From the NCBI GenBank assembly GCA_963674595.2, contig CAXXFV010000006.1, forward strand, positions 64,001 to 128,000: 64,000 nt of DNA. The letters run 5' to 3'. The position numbers were made by a program, and so were the translations under genes. Each line of letters begins with the position of its first letter. Position 1 is the stretch's first letter. Below, piece after piece: positions 9,286-18,245 of the stretch. This DNA is from a bacterium (GTDB lineage: Bacteria; Zhuqueibacterota; Zhuqueibacteria; Residuimicrobiales; Krinioviventaceae). The notes under the pieces are model-generated. The model was not told the DNA's origin. It did not search any database and saw nothing but the letters and a program-made list of their open reading frames with translations.

Positions 9286-11454
9286 CATACCGGCGGCAAG
9301 GACAAGTTTAATAAACGGTATGGTAAACGTCGTAAAAAGCTGTGGGAGGGAAGCGCCGACGATTTTCCTTATACCGATTTCTTTTTTACGCTGTTCAACC
9401 GTCAGTCTGGTCAAGCCAAACAGTCCTAACCCGGCCAGCAAAATTGTTAAAACAGAGGCAAAGGAAACAAGTGCCGATGTATTTTGTTCTGCCCGATAGG
9501 TACGTTCAATACTCTCATCCAAAAATCGATATTCAAAAGGATCATTGGGAGCAAGTTCGCCATAGGTTTTTTTTATAAAATCTATTGTCGCGGGTATTTG
9601 GTGTCCGTTAATTTTTATAAAAATATAATTCAGCCAATAGGAATCGATTTTCAGCACAACCGGGTTAATATTATAATGAAGCGGCTGGGCATGAAAGTCT
9701 TTAACCACGCCAACGATATATCCCGGCGAGTCCCAGAAAGAAAACCGTTTGCCGATGGGATTTTCCATTCCCATGGCTTTAACAGCCGTTTCGTTGACTA
9801 TATAAGCGGCGGAATCATCACCGGCAAAATTTTTCGAAAAAGGGCGTCCTTTAACAATGTTCATATCAAAAGTTTCAAAATAGTCATAATCCACCAGACC
9901 GGCGTTCATGCGTATATGTTGTCCCGGCTGTTTACCTTCCCAATCATAATCTCCGGGTGAAGAGCCGATATTACTCGGCAATTGAAAGGAGGCTGTTACA
10001 TTTGCAATATTTGTATTTTGTTTTAATTTGTCTTTAAATGTTGAATAGTTGTCTAAAAATTCTTTTTTCATTCTCAGGTAAATAACCTGGTCCTTTGTAA
10101 AACCCAAATCTTTGTTTTGAATAAAGGAAAGCTGTTTGGATATAATAATTGTGCCTGTAATTAGAAAAATCGAAATCATGAATTGTAAAATGATCAGACT
10201 TGCACGAAAAACAGTTTTTATCTGTTTGTTTAAAGATGTGCTCTTTAACATTAAAAAGGGCTGATAATTGGACAATACCAGTGAGGGATAGGCTCCGGCC
10301 AAAAAAGCTGTTAAAATTGTTATTGCAACACTGCCTGCCAGGATAGTATGGTTCAGGACGGATGTAAATTGAAAGGACTTGCCAGATATTTGGTTGAATG
10401 CCGGCAGAACAAAATCAATTAATAAAAGAGATAAAAGTAATGCAAATAAGGTAATAATCAGGGTTTCTAAAAAAAACTGACCGCAGAGATATCTTTTGGA
10501 ACTACCGAATATTTTCCGCATACCGATTTCATTTAGTCGACGCGAAAACTGGGCGGTGGTTAAAATGATATAGTTTATGCCGGCTATTAAAAGAATAAAA
10601 ACAGCCAGTGCCGAAAATATCCATACATATTTTATGCTGCCCCGGTTATTCATATCATAACTCAGGTTGGAGTGTAGATGGATTTTACCAAAGGGCTGCA
10701 AATAGACATAATTCTTTTTTTCAGGAATATATTTTTGCAAAAATGAGCGAATTTTTGTATTGACGGCTGCTAACGGCGCATCCGGTTGTAACTGCACGAA
10801 CGAGTAATAGGTATGGGCTCGCCAAAAGTCTATATCAACGCGTTCCCGTAAATATTCAAACGGGACCAATATATCAAATTGTAAACTGGAATTTTCAGGG
10901 ACGTTTTTAAATACACCGGTAATTTGCATAGAGTGTTTTTCTGCAAAGAGTATGGTTTTTCCAATGAGATCATCATCACCGAAATATTTTTTAGCCATGT
11001 TTTCTGACAGCATCATTGTAAAAGGTTCGACAAGCTGGGGCGAACCATTGTCTTTGACAATCGGAAAAGAAAACATGTCCAGAAAATCGGGGTCAACAAA
11101 GGCCACATTTTTTTCTTTATAAATATTATCCTCTTTTTTAATAATCCACTCACCAAAGTTATTACATCTTGTGGCTTTTATGATTTCAGGAAATTCGTTT
11201 TTCAATGCCGGTGCAAGGGGTCCCGGGGTAACGGCCTGATGAATTATCTGGTCGCTTGTTTCGTTTTGAATAACCACCCGGTAAAGGTTATCAATATTCT
11301 GATGAAAACGGTCAAAAGTCAGTTCATCATGCACCCATAAAAATACAAGGATAGCACTGGAAAGACCCAAAGTCAGTCCGATAATATTGATAAAAAAGGT
11401 GGTTTTGTTTTTTGCTGCTTGTCTGAAAAATGTTTTTATAATATTTTTCAACAT
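9097..11454 (-). CDS. ABC transporter permease (MacB/FtsX duplicated)
   Basis: 785 aa; INIIGL, DELTFDRFH, EIGMRKIFGS, KEIGIRKIVGAS, ANPVESLRYE. Confidence 0.95.
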   Translation of the reverse strand: MLKNIIKTFFRQAAKNKTTFFINIIGLTLGLSSAILVFLWVHDELTFDRFHQNIDNLYRVVIQNETSDQIIHQAVTPGPLAPALKNEFPEIIKATRCNNFGEWIIKKEDNIYKEKNVAFVDPDFLDMFSFPIVKDNGSPQLVEPFTMMLSENMAKKYFGDDDLIGKTILFAEKHSMQITGVFKNVPENSSLQFDILVPFEYLRERVDIDFWRAHTYYSFVQLQPDAPLAAVNTKIRSFLQKYIPEKKNYVYLQPFGKIHLHSNLSYDMNNRGSIKYVWIFSALAVFILLIAGINYIILTTAQFSRRLNEIGMRKIFGSSKRYLCGQFFLETLIITLFALLLSLLLIDFVLPAFNQISGKSFQFTSVLNHTILAGSVAITILTAFLAGAYPSLVLSNYQPFLMLKSTSLNKQIKTVFRASLIILQFMISIFLITGTIIISKQLSFIQNKDLGFTKDQVIYLRMKKEFLDNYSTFKDKLKQNTNIANVTASFQLPSNIGSSPGDYDWEGKQPGQHIRMNAGLVDYDYFETFDMNIVKGRPFSKNFAGDDSAAYIVNETAVKAMGMENPIGKRFSFWDSPGYIVGVVKDFHAQPLHYNINPVVLKIDSYWLNYIFIKINGHQIPATIDFIKKTYGELAPNDPFEYRFLDESIERTYRAEQNTSALVSFASVLTILLAGLGLFGLTRLTVEQRKKEIGIRKIVGASLPQLFTTFTIPFIKLVLAAGMIAAPLAWYAMNKWLQNFAYRIDLTIWPFLLAGVSALVIALLTISFQTIRAATANPVESLRYE

Positions 11455-11600
11455 GTTGGGGATTCCTTTTGTGTTTCTAATTTAAACTCAACTATAAAAT
11501 GGGTTCAAAGTTGGAAAGCCATCCTATCTGAGGCTATTTCGCCAGTCTATTAGCGATTATCAACGTTAGTTTTAAAATTATCCAATATTACATTTAGTGA

Positions 11601-13313
11601 TCATTTATTTTCGTTGTTGAATAGATAAGCATAGGCATTTTTAAATAGCATCAGTTTCAACATTCGTTTTGCCAGTGTGTTTCCCGGGAAAACTGTTAAA
11701 GCTTTTTTATAGTATTTTTCTGCCTGGGTATAATTTCCTGCGATTTCATTACGCTGTGCAAGCGCATACCAGCTTTCTGTCCAGTCAGGGCATTCTTTGG
11801 TATATAAAGTCAGAAAGTTTGCATAATCTTCAATACTCTTTTTGTTTGGCAGCAGCCAAAAAAGAAAATCATTTATCAACATTCCTTTATTAATTCCTGT
11901 TGCTTTGTATTGTTTTATAAAATTGTAATATACTTTTTCAAGCCCTTCATAGCCATTGTTTGTATATGCTTCTGACAGCTCTGTTTTGAATTGTTCTTTC
12001 AGGTTTTTGACGTTATCAAAATTGAAAATAAACTCAAGAACAGGGTCTTCATTGTTGCGAAAATTTTTTGATGATAGAGGGATATAAAAATCCGGTCTTG
12101 TGCAATCTGCCATCTCCCATTCAGTGGTGTCCTGATGGTAAATTTGCGATGTACGTACAGGCAATTTACTGTTCGGAAGGGTAAACATTCTTTGTGCCCC
12201 GTAGTGATTTGGCCTGCCGCCTGTATTCTCACCAACAAATGTTGCATTTGTATAAATATCAAATTGTGTTGCAAAATGTTGTGATGCAGAGCCGGTTACT
12301 CGTCCGATTATGACAAATAGTTTATCAGGTTTATCCAGGTTTGGACGAGCTATTATACCTTTAAGAAGAGGCATTTCAAAATGATCACCGCCTCCATTGT
12401 TCCTAACATCGAGGACAAGTTTTTCTGCTCCCTTTTCATCAAATTTTTCAAGCACCTCTTTATAAAATCTGTCAAAATCGCCTTCAGATTTTGGCTGCAT
12501 CTCTTTTAAATACACAAACATTGTTTTGTGCTCTGGAATGTATTGATACCAGTATGCATCTCCTGGTTTAGACAAATATAGGGGCAGCGGTTGATTCGAC
12601 ACATCATTCAACTCGAGAAACCCTTTTTTATTTTGACCGTTCCTGTAAGTGATAATTAATTTTAACACCTCCATAAATGGCATAGGTTCAATTGTGTATT
12701 CGAATTGTTCTGATAATTCATTTTGTAAAGTAAGAACAAGTTTTTTGTCCGTTATCCCAACATTACAATAATCTAATGCACCAACCAGAGAAAAATATAA
12801 ATCGCATAATGCCAATCGTCCGTTATAATTATCACCATTAATTAAATTCATTAATTTATCACGAGTATCATCGGCCGTCAGGTTTCCAAATTTTAATACC
12901 TTGCATCCCAATATTTTTTTATGCTTTGCACTTATGCCTTTTACGAATATTCCATCTGAAAATTGATACATAAAAACAGGATACATATCATAATAGCTTA
13001 GAGCTGTAGAATCTTCTGTTTGCCATAGGGCAATGCCGGTATGCATGTCTTTAATTTTTGCCATTAATTCGTGAATACCAAACACCACTTTTTGATCGGA
13101 TAAATCAGGTATACGTTTTTTTAATTTTTCTGCAGCATCGAGGAATTCGTTTTTATTTATATTTGCGTAAACATTCGGGTGCTGTGTTTCCAAACGGCCA
13201 ATAAGATAATCAATATCCTGGACCCACTTTTCTGTATTCTTGTTTATTTGTGCAAAAATTGAATGAGTCATTATTACAATTGTAAGAATAATAAATTTTA
13301 TCTGATTCATCAA
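11601..13313 (-). CDS. Secreted S41-family (tail-specific protease-like) peptidase with C-terminal TPR
   Basis: Signal peptide; LVLDVRNNGGG, IGRVTGSASQ (catalytic Ser region), VGENTGG; TPR-like WYALAQ...GNYTQAEKYYKKALTVFP. Confidence 0.75.
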   Translation of the reverse strand: MMNQIKFIILTIVIMTHSIFAQINKNTEKWVQDIDYLIGRLETQHPNVYANINKNEFLDAAEKLKKRIPDLSDQKVVFGIHELMAKIKDMHTGIALWQTEDSTALSYYDMYPVFMYQFSDGIFVKGISAKHKKILGCKVLKFGNLTADDTRDKLMNLINGDNYNGRLALCDLYFSLVGALDYCNVGITDKKLVLTLQNELSEQFEYTIEPMPFMEVLKLIITYRNGQNKKGFLELNDVSNQPLPLYLSKPGDAYWYQYIPEHKTMFVYLKEMQPKSEGDFDRFYKEVLEKFDEKGAEKLVLDVRNNGGGDHFEMPLLKGIIARPNLDKPDKLFVIIGRVTGSASQHFATQFDIYTNATFVGENTGGRPNHYGAQRMFTLPNSKLPVRTSQIYHQDTTEWEMADCTRPDFYIPLSSKNFRNNEDPVLEFIFNFDNVKNLKEQFKTELSEAYTNNGYEGLEKVYYNFIKQYKATGINKGMLINDFLFWLLPNKKSIEDYANFLTLYTKECPDWTESWYALAQRNEIAGNYTQAEKYYKKALTVFPGNTLAKRMLKLMLFKNAYAYLFNNENK

Positions 13314-13399
13314 GTTTCCTTGTTCTACGTTTATTTTTCTATTGTTGGTTTTAAATTCAGTTTGTTAAATACCAATATTAATTATGTCTCTTAAGATTA

Positions 13400-13552
13400 C
13401 TACTCATACCTTAAACTTTCCACCGGATTGGCCGTAGCTGCCCTTATCGTTTGAAAACTGATTGTTAATAAGGCAATTAATAACGCTGAAAATCCTGCCA
13501 GTAGAAAGGGCCAGATGGTTAAATCGATTCGATAGGCAAAGTGTTGCAGCCA
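13400..13552. repeat. Permease 3'-tail repeat, copy D (more diverged)
   Basis: Encodes WLQHFAYRIDLTIWPFLLAG...ISFQTIRAATANPVESLRYE with clearly aligned nucleotide sequence. Confidence 0.85.
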
Positions 13553-15796
13553 ATTTTGAACAAAATACCATGCGATGGGAGCAGCAAAAATTGCTGCAAG
13601 ACTCAATAAAAAGATGAATTCTTTGGAAATCATATAGAATATTTGCAAAACAGAAGCGCCTAAAACTTTTCTTACGCCGATTTCTTTGGTGCGTTGTTCC
13701 GTACTGTAGGATATCAATCCCAAAAGGCCTAAACAGGCGATAAATATTGCCAGCGTGGTAAAGGTATTTACTACTTTACGGATTGCCTGTTCTCCGCCAT
13801 ATTGATAAGCATAAATTTGATCCAAAAAACGGTATTCTAATGAGGATGACGGTGCAAATTGTTTCCATTTTTCGTTCAATAGTTCAAGTGCTTCATTTGT
13901 TTTGTCAGGTGCAACGCGTATGGTCATCCAGTTTAGGCTTTTGGGTTTAAGAAAAATTGTGAATGCATCGATTTTGTGATGGAGCGATTCTGTATGAAAG
14001 TCTTTAACAACACCGATAATTTTCCCTGGCTTTTCCATAAATGCCGGTACCCAAAATGATTTGCCGACTGCTGTTTCCCAGCCGAGTTTCTTTTTTAATG
14101 TTTCGTTTATTATATAAGCATCCTTAACATCGGTTTGCATAAGCGGTGAAAAATCCCGTCCTTCGACAAGTTTAAGATTAAAGAACTCTAAAAAATTATA
14201 ATCGACCGCTGTTAATGAGGTTATCCACGATTGATCAGGTATTTGTCCTTCGAACTGAAATGTTTGACCTTCAAAACCTGGAAAATTATTTGGACCAAAG
14301 GCCGAAACATTTTTAATCAGTGTATTGGATAAAAGTTCATGTTTAATAGCAGTCAGGTTTTTTTGTACTGTTTCCGGCATTTTAACAGTAACAACTTGTG
14401 TTTTATCAAATCCAAGGTCTTTATTTTGAATCCAATTCAGTTGTTTTTCAATAAACAGGGTACAAATGATTAATATAATTGAAATGCAAAATTGTGCAGT
14501 AACCAATATCTTTTGCAGGCTTTTGCCTTTCTTTTTATCCTTTGATGAGTTAAACACACTTAGGGGTTGTGGAAGCGACATACTCAGGGCCGGATAAATT
14601 CCTGCCAAGATACCCGTTAAACCCGATAGAATAGCCATGACCATATAAATCAATAATTTATTATTATGGTAAAAACTAAATTCATTATTAAAAGTATTAT
14701 TTGTTTGACTGATTATTGCAAAAATCAATGCAGCTAATATCATGGATATGAAAGACGTTACAACAGATTCACTTATAAATTGTATTGTTAGTTGTTTTCG
14801 ATGAGCGCCGATCATTTTTCGAATACCAACTTCTTTTGAACGTCTCAAAGAACGTGCTGTTGTCAGGTTTATATAATTTATACAGGCAATAACGAGAATT
14901 AATATGGCGATAAAAGAAAGAACATAGACAAAAACAATATCAAACTTTTTCCAGTTTATTTGATCGAACTCTAGTTTCCCGGAATAGAGGTGCATGTCTT
15001 TTAAGGATTGCAAATAAACATCGATTTCCATATCCGGATGGTATTTATTGCAAATACCGGCAATTTTTTTATCCACACTTTTGGGATCAATATTCGATTC
15101 AAGCATGACATACGTATAAAATCCGGCGTCAATTTTTTCTTTTTCTGATTTTTGTTTTTCCAATAGCCAGCTTTTGGGAAAAGGGGCCAGCATGTTGATT
15201 TGAAGATGTGAAGTGTTGGGTATTTCTTTTAATACGGCAGAAATGATATAAGAATTATTCTCTGCAATAGTTATGCTTTTTCCGACTGGATTTTCCCGGC
15301 CAAAGATTTTTTCCGATAATTGCTTTGATAAAATGAGGCTGTTTGGGTTTTTAAAAGCATTTTGGGCATTCCCATATAAAAAATCAAAATCGAAAAATTG
15401 AAAAAAGGAGGGATCTGTAAAATAGAATGAATAAACCTGTGAAATATTATCATTATATTTTACAGGGGTTGCCCCGTTTATACCATATAATCGAACAAAA
15501 TCTTTAATTTCCGGGTAATCCTGTTTTAATATTCGACCCATCCATTCAAACGAACCACAGTGCTGCAATGCGCCAATACCTTCAATATTGGCATCGAGAA
15601 TCGTTCGATAAATGTTGTCTCTGTTTTTGTGAAATCGATCAAATGAAAGATGATAGCCCATAATGATATAAATGAAAAGACAACATAAAAATCCTATTGT
15701 TAATCTCAGGATGTTTATCATTGTATAATATTTTTGTCGAACCAAATAACGTATTGTTGTTTTTAGATAATTTTTAATAATTGACATTTCGTTCAA
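13400..15796 (-). CDS. ABC transporter permease (MacB/FtsX duplicated); the true start may be the ATG at 15787
   Basis: 798 aa; IACINYINLTTAR, KEVGIRKMIGA, RTKEIGVRKVLGAS, ANPVESLRYE. Confidence 0.95.
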   Translation of the reverse strand: MNEMSIIKNYLKTTIRYLVRQKYYTMINILRLTIGFLCCLFIYIIMGYHLSFDRFHKNRDNIYRTILDANIEGIGALQHCGSFEWMGRILKQDYPEIKDFVRLYGINGATPVKYNDNISQVYSFYFTDPSFFQFFDFDFLYGNAQNAFKNPNSLILSKQLSEKIFGRENPVGKSITIAENNSYIISAVLKEIPNTSHLQINMLAPFPKSWLLEKQKSEKEKIDAGFYTYVMLESNIDPKSVDKKIAGICNKYHPDMEIDVYLQSLKDMHLYSGKLEFDQINWKKFDIVFVYVLSFIAILILVIACINYINLTTARSLRRSKEVGIRKMIGAHRKQLTIQFISESVVTSFISMILAALIFAIISQTNNTFNNEFSFYHNNKLLIYMVMAILSGLTGILAGIYPALSMSLPQPLSVFNSSKDKKKGKSLQKILVTAQFCISIILIICTLFIEKQLNWIQNKDLGFDKTQVVTVKMPETVQKNLTAIKHELLSNTLIKNVSAFGPNNFPGFEGQTFQFEGQIPDQSWITSLTAVDYNFLEFFNLKLVEGRDFSPLMQTDVKDAYIINETLKKKLGWETAVGKSFWVPAFMEKPGKIIGVVKDFHTESLHHKIDAFTIFLKPKSLNWMTIRVAPDKTNEALELLNEKWKQFAPSSSLEYRFLDQIYAYQYGGEQAIRKVVNTFTTLAIFIACLGLLGLISYSTEQRTKEIGVRKVLGASVLQIFYMISKEFIFLLSLAAIFAAPIAWYFVQNWLQHFAYRIDLTIWPFLLAGFSALLIALLTISFQTIRAATANPVESLRYE

Positions 15797-15823
15797 ACCT
15801 TAATTAAGAAGGAAAAGAATTTT

Positions 15824-18205
15824 TTACTCATACCTGAGCGCTTTAATTGGATTAGCTGTAGCCGCACGAATCGCCTGCCAACTAATGGACAACATAGCAA
15901 TCATTAATGCTATCAGCCCTGCCAGTAAAAACGGCCAAAATGTAATTTGGGTCCTATATACGAAATTTTGCAGCCAATTTTTCATCACCAAATAGGCTAT
16001 GGGCCAGGCTATTAGATTTGCGAAACCAACCCATTTTAAAAAGTCTTTAGCAAGCAGAGTTATTATACCAGGTACAGAGGCACCCAAAACTTTTCTTACA
16101 CCGATCTCACGGGTTTTGCTTTCAATAATAAAAGAGGACAGGCCCAACAAACCTAAACAACTAATAATTATGGCCAGAATCGCTGCAAAAAGAGATAGTT
16201 TGCCGGTACGTTCTTCAGCCAGAAATTTTGCATTATGAATATCCTGCACGAATTCATATTCAAAGGGAATGTCCGGTAAAATATTTTTGAAAGCTGTTTC
16301 AATTTTTTGTAAAGCGATCCCTTTGTTTACATTCGGCATTAGACGGATATATGTAAAATGTAGACCGTAATCAGAAAGAAAAATTATAGTAGGCACTGTT
16401 TCCGCATAAGGAGACCCTTTGACCATATCCTTAGCAACACCTAAAATTTTATATGTATAATTGGTTTTACTTAAATGTTGACATTTTATGATTTTCCCCA
16501 CAGGTTCAATAAAACCCATCTGTTTTGCTGCTGATTCGTTAATGATAACACCTTCATAATCAGTTATACGATCACGTTGAAAGTCCCGGCCATCAATAAA
16601 CTGTAATCCGATAGTTTTTCCGTATTCCGGATTTGTTACCACCACATTATACGTCGGGTTATAGCCGGGATCTTTTCCTTGCCAGTCAATTCCGCCAATC
16701 CATCCAAAGGTGTTGGTGATGGAGTAATTGGATTCTGTTATTGCATCAACATACCCGGTGTTTAACAGAGCATTTCGCAAAACATTATATTTGTCCCTGG
16801 GAATGTCGGGACGCAGAGCTATCATACCGTCTTTTGAATATCCAACCGGACGATCTTTAACAAATTGTATGTGTTTATAAACAATCAGTGAACCAATAAT
16901 CAAGGTTATTGAAGCAGCAAATTGCAGAATGACCAATGTAGCGCGTAATTTTCGGGATAACCGGCTGCCTGTGGTTTTGGCCCCTTTTAAAGCTTTTACA
17001 GGATTAAAAGAGGACAGGTACAGAGCCGGATAACCGCCTGCAAGAAGGGACGTTAATATGGTAAACAGAATAATGACCAGCCAAAAAGAATAATTACCCC
17101 AGGGCAGGGCCAGGTTTTTGGCAATCAGCTTGTTAAAAAAGTTCAATGATAATTCAACCGTTCCCAAAGACACGGCAGCAGCAAAACAGGATATGATTAA
17201 AGATTCACTTAAAAATCTGCTGATCAGGTCTATTTTAGTCGAGCCAAGTGTTTTGCAAACTCCGATTTCTTTTACCCGTTTTTCAGAACATGCCGTGTTT
17301 AGGTTGACAAAATTTATACATGCTAATAGCACGACCATTATGGCTATTATTGTAAAAAGCCATACCATTTGTAATCGTTCACTCATTACATTGACACCGT
17401 TTTCAAATTTTGAATACAAGTGCCATTTACTCATGGGATGTAAAAAAAGTTCAGGATGATGTTTGGCTTCATCCTGATTAACGAATGGCAGGGTGGCATT
17501 TTTAATAATTGAAGACAGGCGATCCCAATCTTCTGATGACTGCCGCTGAACATACAACCACATGTTGCAGTTGTTCCATTCATTTAATCCGGACCAGCCA
17601 TCCAGATAAATATCAAGGGGAGCTAAAAACGTTGCTTCATTGAATACAGAATTTTGAGGCAGGTCTTTATAAACACCAGTAACTTTGAGGTCATAATTCA
17701 TAACCATTTGAACAATCTTGTTCACAGGATTAATATCACCAAATAGTTTTCTGGCTAGTGAATGTGATAGCAGGATTGTATGCTTATCGTCCAGGCCATT
17801 TTGTGTGCCGTGAACCATTTCGAGTGAAAACATTCGAGGGCCATCCGGCTGCATAAAATATCCGCCTTGAGTAAAGCGTGTGTTTTCATAAGCTATAACC
17901 TTTTGTTCCAATCGTTGGCGGACCAAAGCCGTATATTTAAAATATTCTCCATACTCTGATTTTAGTAAAGTCCCCAGTCCTGTAGGAACAGCATTGCTTG
18001 TCATCCCTGTGTCATCATTACGGAATACCTGGGCTATATCATTATAATTTTTATGATACCTGTTAAATGATAATTCGTCATATATCCACAAAGTGATTAA
18101 AATAGCAACCGACATGCCTAACGCAAGACCGGCAATATTTAAAAGAGTATAATTTTTATTACGAATAAAATTTCTAAATGCCATTTTAACATATTTTATA
18201 AACAT
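15824..18205 (-). CDS. ABC transporter permease (MacB/FtsX duplicated)
   Basis: 793 aa; LACINFVNL, KEIGVCKTLGS, REIGVRKVLGAS, ANPIKALRYE. Confidence 0.95.
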   Translation of the reverse strand: MFIKYVKMAFRNFIRNKNYTLLNIAGLALGMSVAILITLWIYDELSFNRYHKNYNDIAQVFRNDDTGMTSNAVPTGLGTLLKSEYGEYFKYTALVRQRLEQKVIAYENTRFTQGGYFMQPDGPRMFSLEMVHGTQNGLDDKHTILLSHSLARKLFGDINPVNKIVQMVMNYDLKVTGVYKDLPQNSVFNEATFLAPLDIYLDGWSGLNEWNNCNMWLYVQRQSSEDWDRLSSIIKNATLPFVNQDEAKHHPELFLHPMSKWHLYSKFENGVNVMSERLQMVWLFTIIAIMVVLLACINFVNLNTACSEKRVKEIGVCKTLGSTKIDLISRFLSESLIISCFAAAVSLGTVELSLNFFNKLIAKNLALPWGNYSFWLVIILFTILTSLLAGGYPALYLSSFNPVKALKGAKTTGSRLSRKLRATLVILQFAASITLIIGSLIVYKHIQFVKDRPVGYSKDGMIALRPDIPRDKYNVLRNALLNTGYVDAITESNYSITNTFGWIGGIDWQGKDPGYNPTYNVVVTNPEYGKTIGLQFIDGRDFQRDRITDYEGVIINESAAKQMGFIEPVGKIIKCQHLSKTNYTYKILGVAKDMVKGSPYAETVPTIIFLSDYGLHFTYIRLMPNVNKGIALQKIETAFKNILPDIPFEYEFVQDIHNAKFLAEERTGKLSLFAAILAIIISCLGLLGLSSFIIESKTREIGVRKVLGASVPGIITLLAKDFLKWVGFANLIAWPIAYLVMKNWLQNFVYRTQITFWPFLLAGLIALMIAMLSISWQAIRAATANPIKALRYE

Positions 18206-18245
18206 AGTTGCCTCATATTAACTCAAATATTGGTGATGTTTGTCA

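Noticed and set aside
4398-9499. Plus-strand ORFs repeatedly beginning MFIAYQARG (4398, 6905, 9251)
   Set aside because: They are antisense shadows of the shared permease tail, start at TTG, and show no independent coding evidence.
4244-13552. Tail repeats as a DGR template/variable repeat pair or CRISPR repeats
   Set aside because: Mismatches are not adenine-specific, all copies are coding, spacing is kilobases, and no RT or cas genes are present.
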